From positions 22,643 through 86,642 of the forward strand of contig JBDHKN010000018.1 of NCBI GenBank assembly GCA_039586365.1: 64,000 bases of DNA, in the 5' to 3' direction. Below are positions 9,007 to 18,005 of the stretch, piece after piece (the stretch's first letter is position 1; the number at the start of each line of letters is the position of its first letter). The DNA is from Gemmatimonadota bacterium (GTDB lineage: Bacteria; Gemmatimonadota; Gemmatimonadetes; Gemmatimonadales; GWC2-71-9). Under the pieces are notes generated by a model. That model was not told the DNA's origin, ran no database searches, and saw only the letters and a program-made list of their open reading frames with translations. The translations under genes and the position numbers were made by a program.

Positions 9007-10512
9007 GTGAGCGAGAACCAACCGGAGAGCGGGGTTAGCCGGCGTCAGTTTTTGAAGGGTGCTGGAGTGGTGAGCGGAATAGCTGGTGGTGCTGGCCTTG
9101 GGCTGTTCGGCTATGCCGCTGGCAGGGACCCACATACGTACCTTGGCTGGCAGAACGAACAGGGTGCGAGCCAGACCTTCTACAGAAAGCGTTATGAGGT
9201 GGAAGAGCCCACATATGAGGTCGTCGGACCCACCAGCCGTCCAGACGCCCGGGTCGAGAATATCTTCGCGCGCCGCGGCAGCTTCCGAATACAGTACACG
9301 AGGGTCAAGGAGGGTGGTGAGTTCGAGGAACCCCTCAAGTCGTACTACGATAACCACCCACAAGATCTCGAGTTGGATATCATCAACCAAGAAGAGATCA
9401 TGCCCCGGATGATGCAGGATCAGGCTACGTACGGCGACCAATTCCTGCTTGCGGTGGCCTGGTCGAGCGCAATGGGTGCTGTCTCTCCTCTGCCGATATC
9501 CGGTCCGCCCCAAGAAGCCGATTTCCCTCGGCCCAGAGGCGGTGGGATGATGGCGGGTGGAATGGGTATGGGGGGGGCGCCGCAACCGTTGCGGCTCAAG
9601 GATCCGGCAAAGACCGCACTGTTGATCAAGAAACTGGCTCACGAGTTCGGCTCCACTCTCGTGGGGATAACCGAACTCAATCCGGACTGGGTCTACGGCT
9701 ATCCGCTCCGCGGCAGGGGCTTCGAGAACGTAGACGAGCCGCTGGAGATCCCGGCTCACTGGAAGTATGCGATCGTGGTTGGGACACCGATGTCATGGGA
9801 TCCCATGTACGCCAATCCCAACTACGGCACTTCCAACGATGCCTACTCGCGCTCCCGTATCATTGCAGCGCGGCTTGCGGCCTTCATCAAAGCATTGGGA
9901 TATCCGGCTCGCACGCACACTCCAGGCAACAGCTATGATCTGATGGTACCGCCGATTGCGGTCGATGCAGGTCTGGGTGAACACGGACGGCACGGCATCG
10001 TGATCACTCCGGAGCTGGGGAGCAACATCAGACCGGCTATTGTGACCACCAACATGCCGATGGCTACCGACAAGCCTATCGACTTTGGTGTGCAGGATTT
10101 CTGTAGGCACTGCAAAGTCTGCGCGGAGAATTGCCCCAGTGGTGCAATCACGCTGGGTGACAAGGTCGAAGTGCGGGGCTACCGCCGCTTCAAGGTCGAC
10201 ACGGCGAAGTGCAACAACTTCTGGACGTCAAATCTCGGGAACATCGGTTGCCGCCTCTGCGTCAGTGTATGTCCCTACACTCGTAAGGCCAACTGGCTCC
10301 ACAGAACCGCACTCAAGTTGACAGCAAACGATCCTACCGGTCTGTCGGAGCGAACGTTGACGGCACTTCAGAAGGGGATGTACGACGCTCCTGATCCGCA
10401 GACCTACTACATGCCGTCACTTGGTGGCGAGAACTCCTCATATCGTGAGCCCCCCTGGTGGCTCAAGACGGAAGACTTCATCGAACTCGAGGCAGACCAT
10501 GCAGATCTTTAA
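9007..10512 (+). CDS. rdhA: Reductive dehalogenase catalytic subunit 2 (Tat-exported)
   Basis: Tat SRRQFLK; AYSR; AGLGEHGRHGIVITPELGSNIR; FCRHCKVCAENCP; CX12CRLCVSVCP. Confidence 0.92.
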   Translation: MSENQPESGVSRRQFLKGAGVVSGIAGGAGLGLFGYAAGRDPHTYLGWQNEQGASQTFYRKRYEVEEPTYEVVGPTSRPDARVENIFARRGSFRIQYTRVKEGGEFEEPLKSYYDNHPQDLELDIINQEEIMPRMMQDQATYGDQFLLAVAWSSAMGAVSPLPISGPPQEADFPRPRGGGMMAGGMGMGGAPQPLRLKDPAKTALLIKKLAHEFGSTLVGITELNPDWVYGYPLRGRGFENVDEPLEIPAHWKYAIVVGTPMSWDPMYANPNYGTSNDAYSRSRIIAARLAAFIKALGYPARTHTPGNSYDLMVPPIAVDAGLGEHGRHGIVITPELGSNIRPAIVTTNMPMATDKPIDFGVQDFCRHCKVCAENCPSGAITLGDKVEVRGYRRFKVDTAKCNNFWTSNLGNIGCRLCVSVCPYTRKANWLHRTALKLTANDPTGLSERTLTALQKGMYDAPDPQTYYMPSLGGENSSYREPPWWLKTEDFIELEADHADL

Positions 10513-10819
10513 CAGCGGCCTGTTCTGGTTTGTCGAAGGAGTTCTCTGTTGTGTCACACTGCTCGGACTCAAGGCATGGGCGCAGGATCGCTCGATCCCG
10601 ACACCGTGGTGGAAGTGGGTCGTGTTGGTGCTGTGGGTAAGTCTCGCTGGCTTCACCATTGCGTTTGTAGGTACAAGCTTCGGTGAAGGTGAGTCGACTG
10701 CGGCGATCCGTGGTGGTATGCTCTTCGGTATCCTTGCCGTGTTGTCAGGAGTTGGCGCGTGGCGACTGTGGATGATCGGGGCCGGGTCTAGTAACCAAGT
10801 GACGGATGCGAAGCCATAG
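10499..10819 (+). CDS. rdhB: Reductive dehalogenase membrane anchor 2 (RdhB-like)
   Basis: 106 aa with 3 TM helices, PWWKW and EGExxAA motifs; overlaps the rdhA2 stop. Confidence 0.82.
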   Translation: MQIFNSGLFWFVEGVLCCVTLLGLKAWAQDRSIPTPWWKWVVLVLWVSLAGFTIAFVGTSFGEGESTAAIRGGMLFGILAVLSGVGAWRLWMIGAGSSNQVTDAKP

Positions 10820-11966
10820 ACGCGCGCTATTCGCATACTCGCTCGGAGTCATCGCGCTCATCATCGCGCTTTGGTACGGTAGGACGCGAACAGCGCCAGA
10901 TCTTGCCGTGCCCATTGCAGAGATATTTCCCCAGGCTACGGCTTTCAGATTCGAGCGCGGTGTGTTCCACGTCTACGACGATCGCGAGAGTCTACTGGGT
11001 TGGGCTGGTAGCGGCAGTGAGAGTGGGTATGGCGGTCCGATGTTACTCGTTGTGGGGATCGACACCCTTGGGAGGGTAGCTGGGTCAAGGGTTGTAGAGC
11101 AACGAGAGACACCGATATTCTGGCGGATGGTGAAGGCAAGGGATTTCCTCACATCGTTCGTTGGTGACCACTTCGACCAAATCAACTACGACTATGGCGC
11201 AGTAGTTGGTTTGACCGGTGCGACAATTTCGGCGACCGCGATTGGCGCGAGCGTGAGGAGTGCCGTTGCCGACTTGGCCAGTGAAGCATTCGATGTCACC
11301 GTGCCGGTCCCAGCCCGGCCCTTCGAGTTCGGGCTTCTCGAAATCACCGTCCTGCTATTGTTCATTGTCGGTGCGGTCACACAGCGGGCGCGAGGTCCGG
11401 TGCGGCGTCGAGTCAGGTGGGCATGCCAGATCACAGGGCTCCTTGTCCTAGGCTTCTGGAGAGATTCACCGATCACGCTCGCAAAGATCACGGCACTGCT
11501 TTCCGGATACTTCCCGGATCCGCGGACTCAAGTTGCGCTCTATTTGTTGATCGCAGGCTTTGTGCTGACATCGTTCCACTGCAGCCGCAACCTCTATTGC
11601 CTTTACGCCTGTCCATTTGGGACAGCACAGCGGTGCGTTGGCGTCATCGGCGGGAAAGGTCTCAAGCTTCCGATCTGGTTCGTCCGGTGGATGGAGCGGA
11701 TCCGCAACGTTGCGGTGTTCGCGGCCATGTTCATGGCGTTTCTCACCCTCAAGCCGGTGTTGGCCAGCTACGAGCCCTTCGCGGTACTCTTTTCGCTCAA
11801 CGGGACAACTCTGCAATGGCTCTTGTTGTTCATAGTGTTGGTGATGTCGCTAGGGATCAGCACTCCCTGGTGCAACCTGTTTTGCCCGATGCGCACCATA
11901 GAACTCCTGTTCCAGAATCTCCGCAGGACGTTACGCGGACCACGGACGGCATCCGCGAATGAATGA
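10806..11966 (+). CDS. rdhC: RdhC/NosR-NirI-like membrane protein: FMN-binding domain plus polytopic Cys-motif domain
   Basis: GYGGP; flavinylation motif LTGATIS; CX3CP motifs YCLYACP and WCNLFCP; multiple TM helices. Confidence 0.85.
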   Translation: MRSHRRALFAYSLGVIALIIALWYGRTRTAPDLAVPIAEIFPQATAFRFERGVFHVYDDRESLLGWAGSGSESGYGGPMLLVVGIDTLGRVAGSRVVEQRETPIFWRMVKARDFLTSFVGDHFDQINYDYGAVVGLTGATISATAIGASVRSAVADLASEAFDVTVPVPARPFEFGLLEITVLLLFIVGAVTQRARGPVRRRVRWACQITGLLVLGFWRDSPITLAKITALLSGYFPDPRTQVALYLLIAGFVLTSFHCSRNLYCLYACPFGTAQRCVGVIGGKGLKLPIWFVRWMERIRNVAVFAAMFMAFLTLKPVLASYEPFAVLFSLNGTTLQWLLLFIVLVMSLGISTPWCNLFCPMRTIELLFQNLRRTLRGPRTASANE

Positions 11967-12075
11967 CCAAAGTAAGCATGCAGTCAGGCTGTATGACGTT
12001 GCGCTAGTTGTACTTGGGCTGTCGGTCTTTGCGGTGATTGCCGCGATCCTGGTACAGGGCCATCTTGGTGTGTGA
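11959..12075 (+). CDS. 38-aa single-TM microprotein
   Basis: ATG overlaps the rdhC stop (ATGAATGA); MNDQSKHAVRLYDVALVVLGLSVFAVIAAILVQGHLGV. Confidence 0.6.
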   Translation: MNDQSKHAVRLYDVALVVLGLSVFAVIAAILVQGHLGV

Positions 12076-12101
12076 GCAGGGAGCAGGGAGCAGGGAGCAG
12101 G
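12074..12101 (+). repeat. (GAGCAGG)4 heptamer tandem repeat
   Basis: Read directly from the sequence. Confidence 0.9.
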
Positions 12102-12155
12102 AGTCCCATAATGGATAGCTGACAGGCGTCGCTGACTGCCGATAGGAGCAGACCC

Positions 12156-15056
12156 ATGCGTTACATCACAGTAGTCCGGACCGTGTTGGGTTGTGTTGTG
12201 TCTGCAACCGTCTCTTCGCTGACACCTGATTCGGCCACAGCGCAAGTGTCAGATGAGGCTCTATTGCAGGCGTTCCGCTGGCGAAACATCGGCCCAGCTA
12301 ACATGGGTGGCAGGGTGTCCGATATCGAGGCGGTGGAGGGTGATTTCAAGGTCGTCTATGTGGCAGCAGCATCGGGAGGTGTTTGGAAGTCGGTGAATGC
12401 AGGCACCACCTGGGAACCAATATTCGACGACTATCCTTCGGCCTCGATAGGTGACATCGCGATTTTCCAGCCGAACCCGGAGATTATCTGGGTGGGAACC
12501 GGGGAGGCCAACAACCGCAATAGCGTGGCGTGGGGCGATGGCATTTACAAGTCGACGGATGGCGGCAAGACGTTCGCCAGTATGGGTCTTGCGGAGACAC
12601 ACCAGATCGCGCGGGTCATCACACATCCGGCCAATCCGGACATCGTTTACGTCTGCGCGATCGGCCATCTCTGGGGCTACTCCGGCGATCGCGGTTTATT
12701 CAAGACCACTGACGGTGGTGAGACGTGGACCAAGCTAGCTGATGGTCTTCCCAATGACGACAAGACCGGGTGCACTGATTTAGTGATACACCCGGCCGAT
12801 CCCAATGTGCTCTACGCTGGTCTTTACCACCGCATTCGCCGGCCCTGGACCTTCTATAGTGGCGGTCCGGACGGAGGCATCTTCAGGTCGACAGATGGCG
12901 GCGCCAGTTGGGTGAAGCTCACGAACGGCCTTCCACAGGAAGAAACAGGCCGTATCGGTCTCGCTATTTATCGGCGGAATCCCAGCATTGTGATGGCGTT
13001 TGTGGAGGCGGAGAGGAAGGACGACTTGAGCAGACCAGGCTCTGGCGTGTACCGGTCGGAGGACGGCGGTGACAACTGGGCATATGTCAACACCTATAAC
13101 AACCGACCATTCTACTACAGTCAGATCCGCATCAATCCGCTTGACGATGAACGCGTGTATCTGCTCACTACAAGATTCATGGTTTCCGACGATGGTGGTG
13201 AGACCATACGTAATGGCAGCGAGGATGAAGAGATACATGGCGACTTCCACGCCATGTGGCTCGATCCGCACGATGGTGATCGCTACTACATCGGTGACGA
13301 CAAGGGATTACACCTCACCCATGATCACGGTGAACACTTCGTCTTCCTGGATAACCTGCCGATCGCGCAGTACTACAGAATCGGCGTCGACATGCGGGAT
13401 CCGTACTACGTGTATGGTGGGCTGCAAGACAATGGGACCTACGGGGGTCCGAGTTTCGCGCGGGATATCCGCGGTATTCTGAATGACTACAACTGGAAGC
13501 TGCATTGGGGTGACGGCCAGGACATTCAGGTCGATCCCACTGACTGGCGCACTCTCTATACGGAGGCGGAGAATGGTAGCTTCCGGCGCTACAACGTTGA
13601 GACACACCGCTCTTCTGGTGCCAGACCCAACCCGCTGAACGTCCACAATTACCGGGTAGCAGTCCTAGATTCTGAGCAGCGAGGTGGGCGCGAGTTCCGC
13701 TACAACTGGTCTGCGCCACTTGTGATGTCTCCGCATGATCCCAGCACGCTCTTCTTGGGCGCCCAGTACCTGTTCAAGACGACTGACCGGGGAGAGACCT
13801 GGACCATAATCAGTCCCGATCTTACCACAAACGACGCTGAGAAGTGCACGCCGGGGCAGAGCGGTGGTGTGACGCCCGATAACACGGGCGCTGAGCAGCA
13901 CTGTTCAATAACCTCGGTGGCGCAGTCCAGTATCTCCCGGGATGTCATATGGGTTGGTACCGATGACGGCAACGTTCAGGTAACCAAGGATGGAGGTGCG
14001 ACGTGGGACAATGTCCGTGGCAACATCACGGATGTACCGGAAGGAATCTGGCTGGGTCGACTTGAGGCGTCACACCACAATCCGGGCACAGCCTACGTGA
14101 CCTTCGACGGTCATCGGAGTGATGTGTTCACTCCGTGGGTTCTTAAGACAACCGACTACGGTGACACTTGGACGAACATCAGCGGCAATATCCCGGCTGG
14201 TCAGGTCGTCCATCTGTTGCGGGAGGATCTGCGAAATCCGAATCTCTTGTTCGTTGGAACGGAGTTTGGCGTGTTCACATCCCTAAATGGTGGCCGCAGC
14301 TGGACTCGGTTCATGAACAACTTGCCGACTGTTGCAGTGCAGGACATCGTAATACACTCGCGCGACAATGACCTGGTAGCAGGTACCCATGGACGCAGCA
14401 TCTGGATCCTGGACGACATCACACCGCTGCAGCAGTTGACTGATGACGTCATTGCGTCCGATGCCCATCTATTCGAGCAGAGGGTCGCCACTCTCTGGGA
14501 AAATACGAGTCGTGGCGGCCAGCGGGGCCACTTCTGGTTTGCGGGAGAGAATCCCCCCACCATCGAACCGACCAGTAGTCTGCCCAGGGCCGAATTCAGG
14601 AACGTCGTGCTGGTCACGTATTACCTGGGAAAGATCCCGAACCAGCCAGCTACCCTGGAGATCAGAGAGGTCAGCGGCCGGAACGGACGTACGGTGACAC
14701 TCGGCTCTGCACCAGGCATCCACCGTTACCGTTGGGACCTGGCTTTCGATGCGGAGCCGTTCACGGACGCGCAGGTGGCACGTGTTTCGGAGGCATTCGA
14801 GAGGGCGATCAGTGAGATTCCGTTTCCCCAGATCCAACGGGCATACACCCGATTCCAAGAGGCTGCGACTCCGCGTGAGCAGCGAGACGCTGTTCAAATC
14901 CTCCTGAGTCCGCCCTTCGCCTCCGGTCTCGGGGCCGAGTACGGTACACCTACTGCCGGTCCCGGCTCATACTTGCTGACGATGACGGTTGATGGGACTG
15001 CGTACACCAGCACGCTCACCCTCCGACCGGATCCGTTGTTGACGAACAGTCAGTAG
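12156..15056 (+). CDS. Secreted VPS10/BNR (Asp-box) beta-propeller protein
   Basis: Signal peptide; WRNIGPANMGGRVSDI; many S/TxDGGxTW Asp-boxes. Confidence 0.9.
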   Translation: MRYITVVRTVLGCVVSATVSSLTPDSATAQVSDEALLQAFRWRNIGPANMGGRVSDIEAVEGDFKVVYVAAASGGVWKSVNAGTTWEPIFDDYPSASIGDIAIFQPNPEIIWVGTGEANNRNSVAWGDGIYKSTDGGKTFASMGLAETHQIARVITHPANPDIVYVCAIGHLWGYSGDRGLFKTTDGGETWTKLADGLPNDDKTGCTDLVIHPADPNVLYAGLYHRIRRPWTFYSGGPDGGIFRSTDGGASWVKLTNGLPQEETGRIGLAIYRRNPSIVMAFVEAERKDDLSRPGSGVYRSEDGGDNWAYVNTYNNRPFYYSQIRINPLDDERVYLLTTRFMVSDDGGETIRNGSEDEEIHGDFHAMWLDPHDGDRYYIGDDKGLHLTHDHGEHFVFLDNLPIAQYYRIGVDMRDPYYVYGGLQDNGTYGGPSFARDIRGILNDYNWKLHWGDGQDIQVDPTDWRTLYTEAENGSFRRYNVETHRSSGARPNPLNVHNYRVAVLDSEQRGGREFRYNWSAPLVMSPHDPSTLFLGAQYLFKTTDRGETWTIISPDLTTNDAEKCTPGQSGGVTPDNTGAEQHCSITSVAQSSISRDVIWVGTDDGNVQVTKDGGATWDNVRGNITDVPEGIWLGRLEASHHNPGTAYVTFDGHRSDVFTPWVLKTTDYGDTWTNISGNIPAGQVVHLLREDLRNPNLLFVGTEFGVFTSLNGGRSWTRFMNNLPTVAVQDIVIHSRDNDLVAGTHGRSIWILDDITPLQQLTDDVIASDAHLFEQRVATLWENTSRGGQRGHFWFAGENPPTIEPTSSLPRAEFRNVVLVTYYLGKIPNQPATLEIREVSGRNGRTVTLGSAPGIHRYRWDLAFDAEPFTDAQVARVSEAFERAISEIPFPQIQRAYTRFQEAATPREQRDAVQILLSPPFASGLGAEYGTPTAGPGSYLLTMTVDGTAYTSTLTLRPDPLLTNSQ

Positions 15057-15064
15057 TTCCATTG

Positions 15065-15091
15065 TGAGGCTGAGGTTCTGCGTCGGCCTCA
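15065..15091. terminator. Hairpin between convergent genes
   Basis: TGAGGCTGA...TCGGCCTCA stem just after the stop; no strong U-tract. Confidence 0.4.
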
Positions 15092-15193
15092 TGTCAGAGG
15101 GAGTGTGCTGGGAACGCGATACCGTGGCGGAACTCGTGTGTAGCTCACTGCTCCGATGGAAATTTGGCGTGAATAGTGATTTTGGTTGAAAGA

Positions 15194-15928
15194 CTATGCT
15201 GACGCTCCAACGGAAGCGGAGTCTCGATCACCTAGAGCTTGTTTGAGACGTGCGTATGTGTCGGGCCCGAACTGCTTGCGTTCTTTTAGGTGGGCGCGCA
15301 AGTCCACCCCCGTCTTGAGTACGACCAGCAGCAGCAGCCCCAGGGTAGGCGAGCCTGCTGCCATTACGAGGAAGCCGCCGCCGATGATCGTGATGTGCAA
15401 CACTACGACCCTGCTATAGGGCTGTTGCATGAGTTTCTCCAACTCAGCCCGCCTGTACTCGCCTATCCCAAGGTAGTTCCAGAAGAACGAAAACCCATGG
15501 CTTGCAAACAGAGCCAATGCTGCGTAGACGATGCCGTACTCGATCAAAGCTGAGCGAACGACGGCGACGCTTATGAACTCTCCTCCAGATAGATCGCCAC
15601 CGAATATGGCGAATACGAACACACCGTGAATTAGGGTGAACATCCCATAGTGGAAGATGAAGAACGGGATCATGAAGAGCTTGGCTAACCATCGGCCCAA
15701 GTCGTTGGGCCTGGCGCAGAGGAAGCGGGCCACATTGAATACGCCAACGATGACGTTCTCGAGCCAGTAGAGCAGTACGACTGGGAACACCTCCCAAGCC
15801 AAGAGAAGGACACCACCCAACGGGATGAGGTTGACTAGGATGAGGATCACACCAGACGGCGAGATCTCCTGGTGAGTGTCGGTGCGGAGCAGTTCAGCGA
15901 GTGACCGTGACACGTCGTGATAATACAT
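15194..15928 (-). CDS. DUF6498-like membrane protein
   Basis: NLIPLGGV..W..LLYWLENVIVG; FFIFHYGMF..HG; PYSRVVVLH. Confidence 0.8.
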   Translation of the reverse strand: MYYHDVSRSLAELLRTDTHQEISPSGVILILVNLIPLGGVLLLAWEVFPVVLLYWLENVIVGVFNVARFLCARPNDLGRWLAKLFMIPFFIFHYGMFTLIHGVFVFAIFGGDLSGGEFISVAVVRSALIEYGIVYAALALFASHGFSFFWNYLGIGEYRRAELEKLMQQPYSRVVVLHITIIGGGFLVMAAGSPTLGLLLLVVLKTGVDLRAHLKERKQFGPDTYARLKQALGDRDSASVGASA

Positions 15929-16024
15929 CGGTTTGAGGTCCCGCCAAACCCACCAGGGCGGTCAGGAGATAGAACGGGGGAAGCGAACCATGGAGAGCAA
16001 GGCTGACACGTAGTGTGGGTGCGA

Positions 16025-16573
16025 CTATACCTTGTCCCGCAAGATCTCAGGGCGTGGCTGAGGAATGACGACTTTGTTGACCAACAGGCCTTTGTTGCGA
16101 ATGTATGCAGCACCTGCATCGACGGCGGTGGTCACGGCTGCCACGTCGCCGGTCAGTGTGACGTATCCTTTGCCACCGATCGCCATGGCCAGGTGGATCT
16201 CTATCAGCTGTACGTGTGCGGCTTTCACAGCCGCATCGGCGGCTTCGATGATCGACGCTACCGAAAATGTCTCAATGATTCCCAGGGCGCCCGTCTTTTC
16301 GATCACCCGGGTGCCGCTGATCGCTGGGAAAACCTCAGGGTGGACGTTAGGGATGATGAGATCGTCGACCACTGTGTCGCCCCCGATCTCCAAGCCAGCC
16401 TCGATGCTGGAGCGTACTGCGGCGGTCTCACCCGCCACCATCACCATGAATTTCCCTGGGCAAATCGATCGATTGAATACCATCTGGACCCTTGCCGCCT
16501 TGAGCAACGCATCCGCAACCTCGTAACCTTTGGCTATCGACGTCAGCTCGATCAGTCCGATGGAGTGTTCCAT
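16025..16573 (-). CDS. pduT: Tandem-domain microcompartment shell protein (BMC-T, PduT-like)
   Basis: Two BMC domains (SIGLIE..ADALLKAA; ALGIIE..ADAAVKAA); Fe-S-ligand motif ICPGK. Confidence 0.9.
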   Translation of the reverse strand: MEHSIGLIELTSIAKGYEVADALLKAARVQMVFNRSICPGKFMVMVAGETAAVRSSIEAGLEIGGDTVVDDLIIPNVHPEVFPAISGTRVIEKTGALGIIETFSVASIIEAADAAVKAAHVQLIEIHLAMAIGGKGYVTLTGDVAAVTTAVDAGAAYIRNKGLLVNKVVIPQPRPEILRDKV

Positions 16574-16597
16574 CAATACCTTGGCCGTTTACCTAGT

Positions 16598-17935
16598 TCA
16601 CGAACCGGCCGGCGACCGGTCTACCACGATCGTGTCGTCAACTGAACGCACGATTCCAGTCAGGCTAGCATGAATGGGGACGCTCAGTCCGGACGCCACC
16701 TCTTTGGCCACCATATCTCCAAGTTTGACTTCAGCTCCCTCGGCGGCCACCGGAATGGCAGCGAGACCGATATGCTGTTGCAGTGGAATGGCTACGGTAC
16801 TTGGTTCCGGCACATCGGCCCGTAGCGGAGCTGCTGCAGAGTAGCGGTCCAACCCAAGGCGTCGAGTCAGCCGGCCTGTCGGTACCCCGCGGTAGCTCTT
16901 CAAGGGATGTACGTCCTGTGCTAGCCGTTGGAGTTGTTCGGGCGACAACCACTTATCGCGCTTCTTGAGATCCCGCTTGGTCACGACGCACACGTTCCGT
17001 GGATCGAGGTCCTCCGGACAGGCCCACAGAGAGCAAATGTTGCAGTCGCAGCAAGCCTGGGCCCAATGTGTGAGAGTCGTACTCATCTCACCGCTGGTAA
17101 GCAATGACCGCATCACGAGATGAGGTTGGATCGGGTATCCGAGGAGGTATCGCGGACACATTTCCGTACATAGACTACACTGATCGCACGCTGACTTGCC
17201 GAAGCGCACGAATGCAGTCTCCGTTTGAGACTTGCGTACTGCCAGCCTTGACTTACGTGGTACTGCGATGAATCCACTCGAGACTCGCGTGACAGGAGTC
17301 GACATATCAGTTACCACGCTACCCATCATCGGTCCACCATCGATCAAGACGAAGTCTTCGATGGTCGCCCCCCCGGCGGCCCGGAGCACATCACCGTAGC
17401 TCATGCCGATCGGGAACCATGCCGTGAGCGGTTGCTGTACGTCACCGTGCACAGTCATCATGGAATGTGTCACAGGATGGCCGTGGGCAGCACGGTGTAC
17501 GTTGTACAGGGTCTCGACGTTTTGTACTAGTACACCGATGTCAAGCGGTAATCCTCCTGCGGGAATCCGTCTACCAGTAGCTTGGTAGACCACTTCGTAC
17601 TCATCACCGGCAGGGTACACGTCATCCATCTCGCGGACCGTGATGTTCGTCGGTGAGTGCTCTGAGATCGAGCGTATCGCTTCCCGGTTCTTTCCCTTGA
17701 TGGCGACGATCCCTCGCTCGGCACCCGTATGCTCCATCGCGCGCAACATCCCATCGAGGATCTCTGCCGGATAGTGTTCCATTACCGCTTGATCTTTGTA
17801 GAGCAGTGGCTCGCACTCGGCCCCGTTGGCGATGACCGTGTCCACACGCGTGTCAATCTTCTTGTAAGTAGGGAAACCAGCCCCACCTGCGCCGACCACG
17901 CCTGCGCTTTGCACTAGTCGGACTAGACTTGCCAT
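16598..17935 (-). CDS. pduS: PduS/RnfC-like flavin-Fe-S oxidoreductase
   Basis: GVVGAGGAGFPT, NGAECEP, YPAGDE, GGPMMG, CDQCSLCTEMCP, CCDCNICSLWACP, C-terminal PLQQHIG barrel. Confidence 0.88.
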   Translation of the reverse strand: MASLVRLVQSAGVVGAGGAGFPTYKKIDTRVDTVIANGAECEPLLYKDQAVMEHYPAEILDGMLRAMEHTGAERGIVAIKGKNREAIRSISEHSPTNITVREMDDVYPAGDEYEVVYQATGRRIPAGGLPLDIGVLVQNVETLYNVHRAAHGHPVTHSMMTVHGDVQQPLTAWFPIGMSYGDVLRAAGGATIEDFVLIDGGPMMGSVVTDMSTPVTRVSSGFIAVPRKSRLAVRKSQTETAFVRFGKSACDQCSLCTEMCPRYLLGYPIQPHLVMRSLLTSGEMSTTLTHWAQACCDCNICSLWACPEDLDPRNVCVVTKRDLKKRDKWLSPEQLQRLAQDVHPLKSYRGVPTGRLTRRLGLDRYSAAAPLRADVPEPSTVAIPLQQHIGLAAIPVAAEGAEVKLGDMVAKEVASGLSVPIHASLTGIVRSVDDTIVVDRSPAGS

Positions 17936-18005
17936 GTTCCGGTGCAGGCCGGCGCCGGCTGGTACATACTCTTGTGTTGGATGACGGCAGGCCTGGACGG
18001 TTGCA

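Noticed and set aside
7418..10512. RdhA homologues as epoxyqueuosine reductase (QueG)
   Set aside because: Tat signals, length and RdhB/RdhC neighbours do not fit cytoplasmic QueG.
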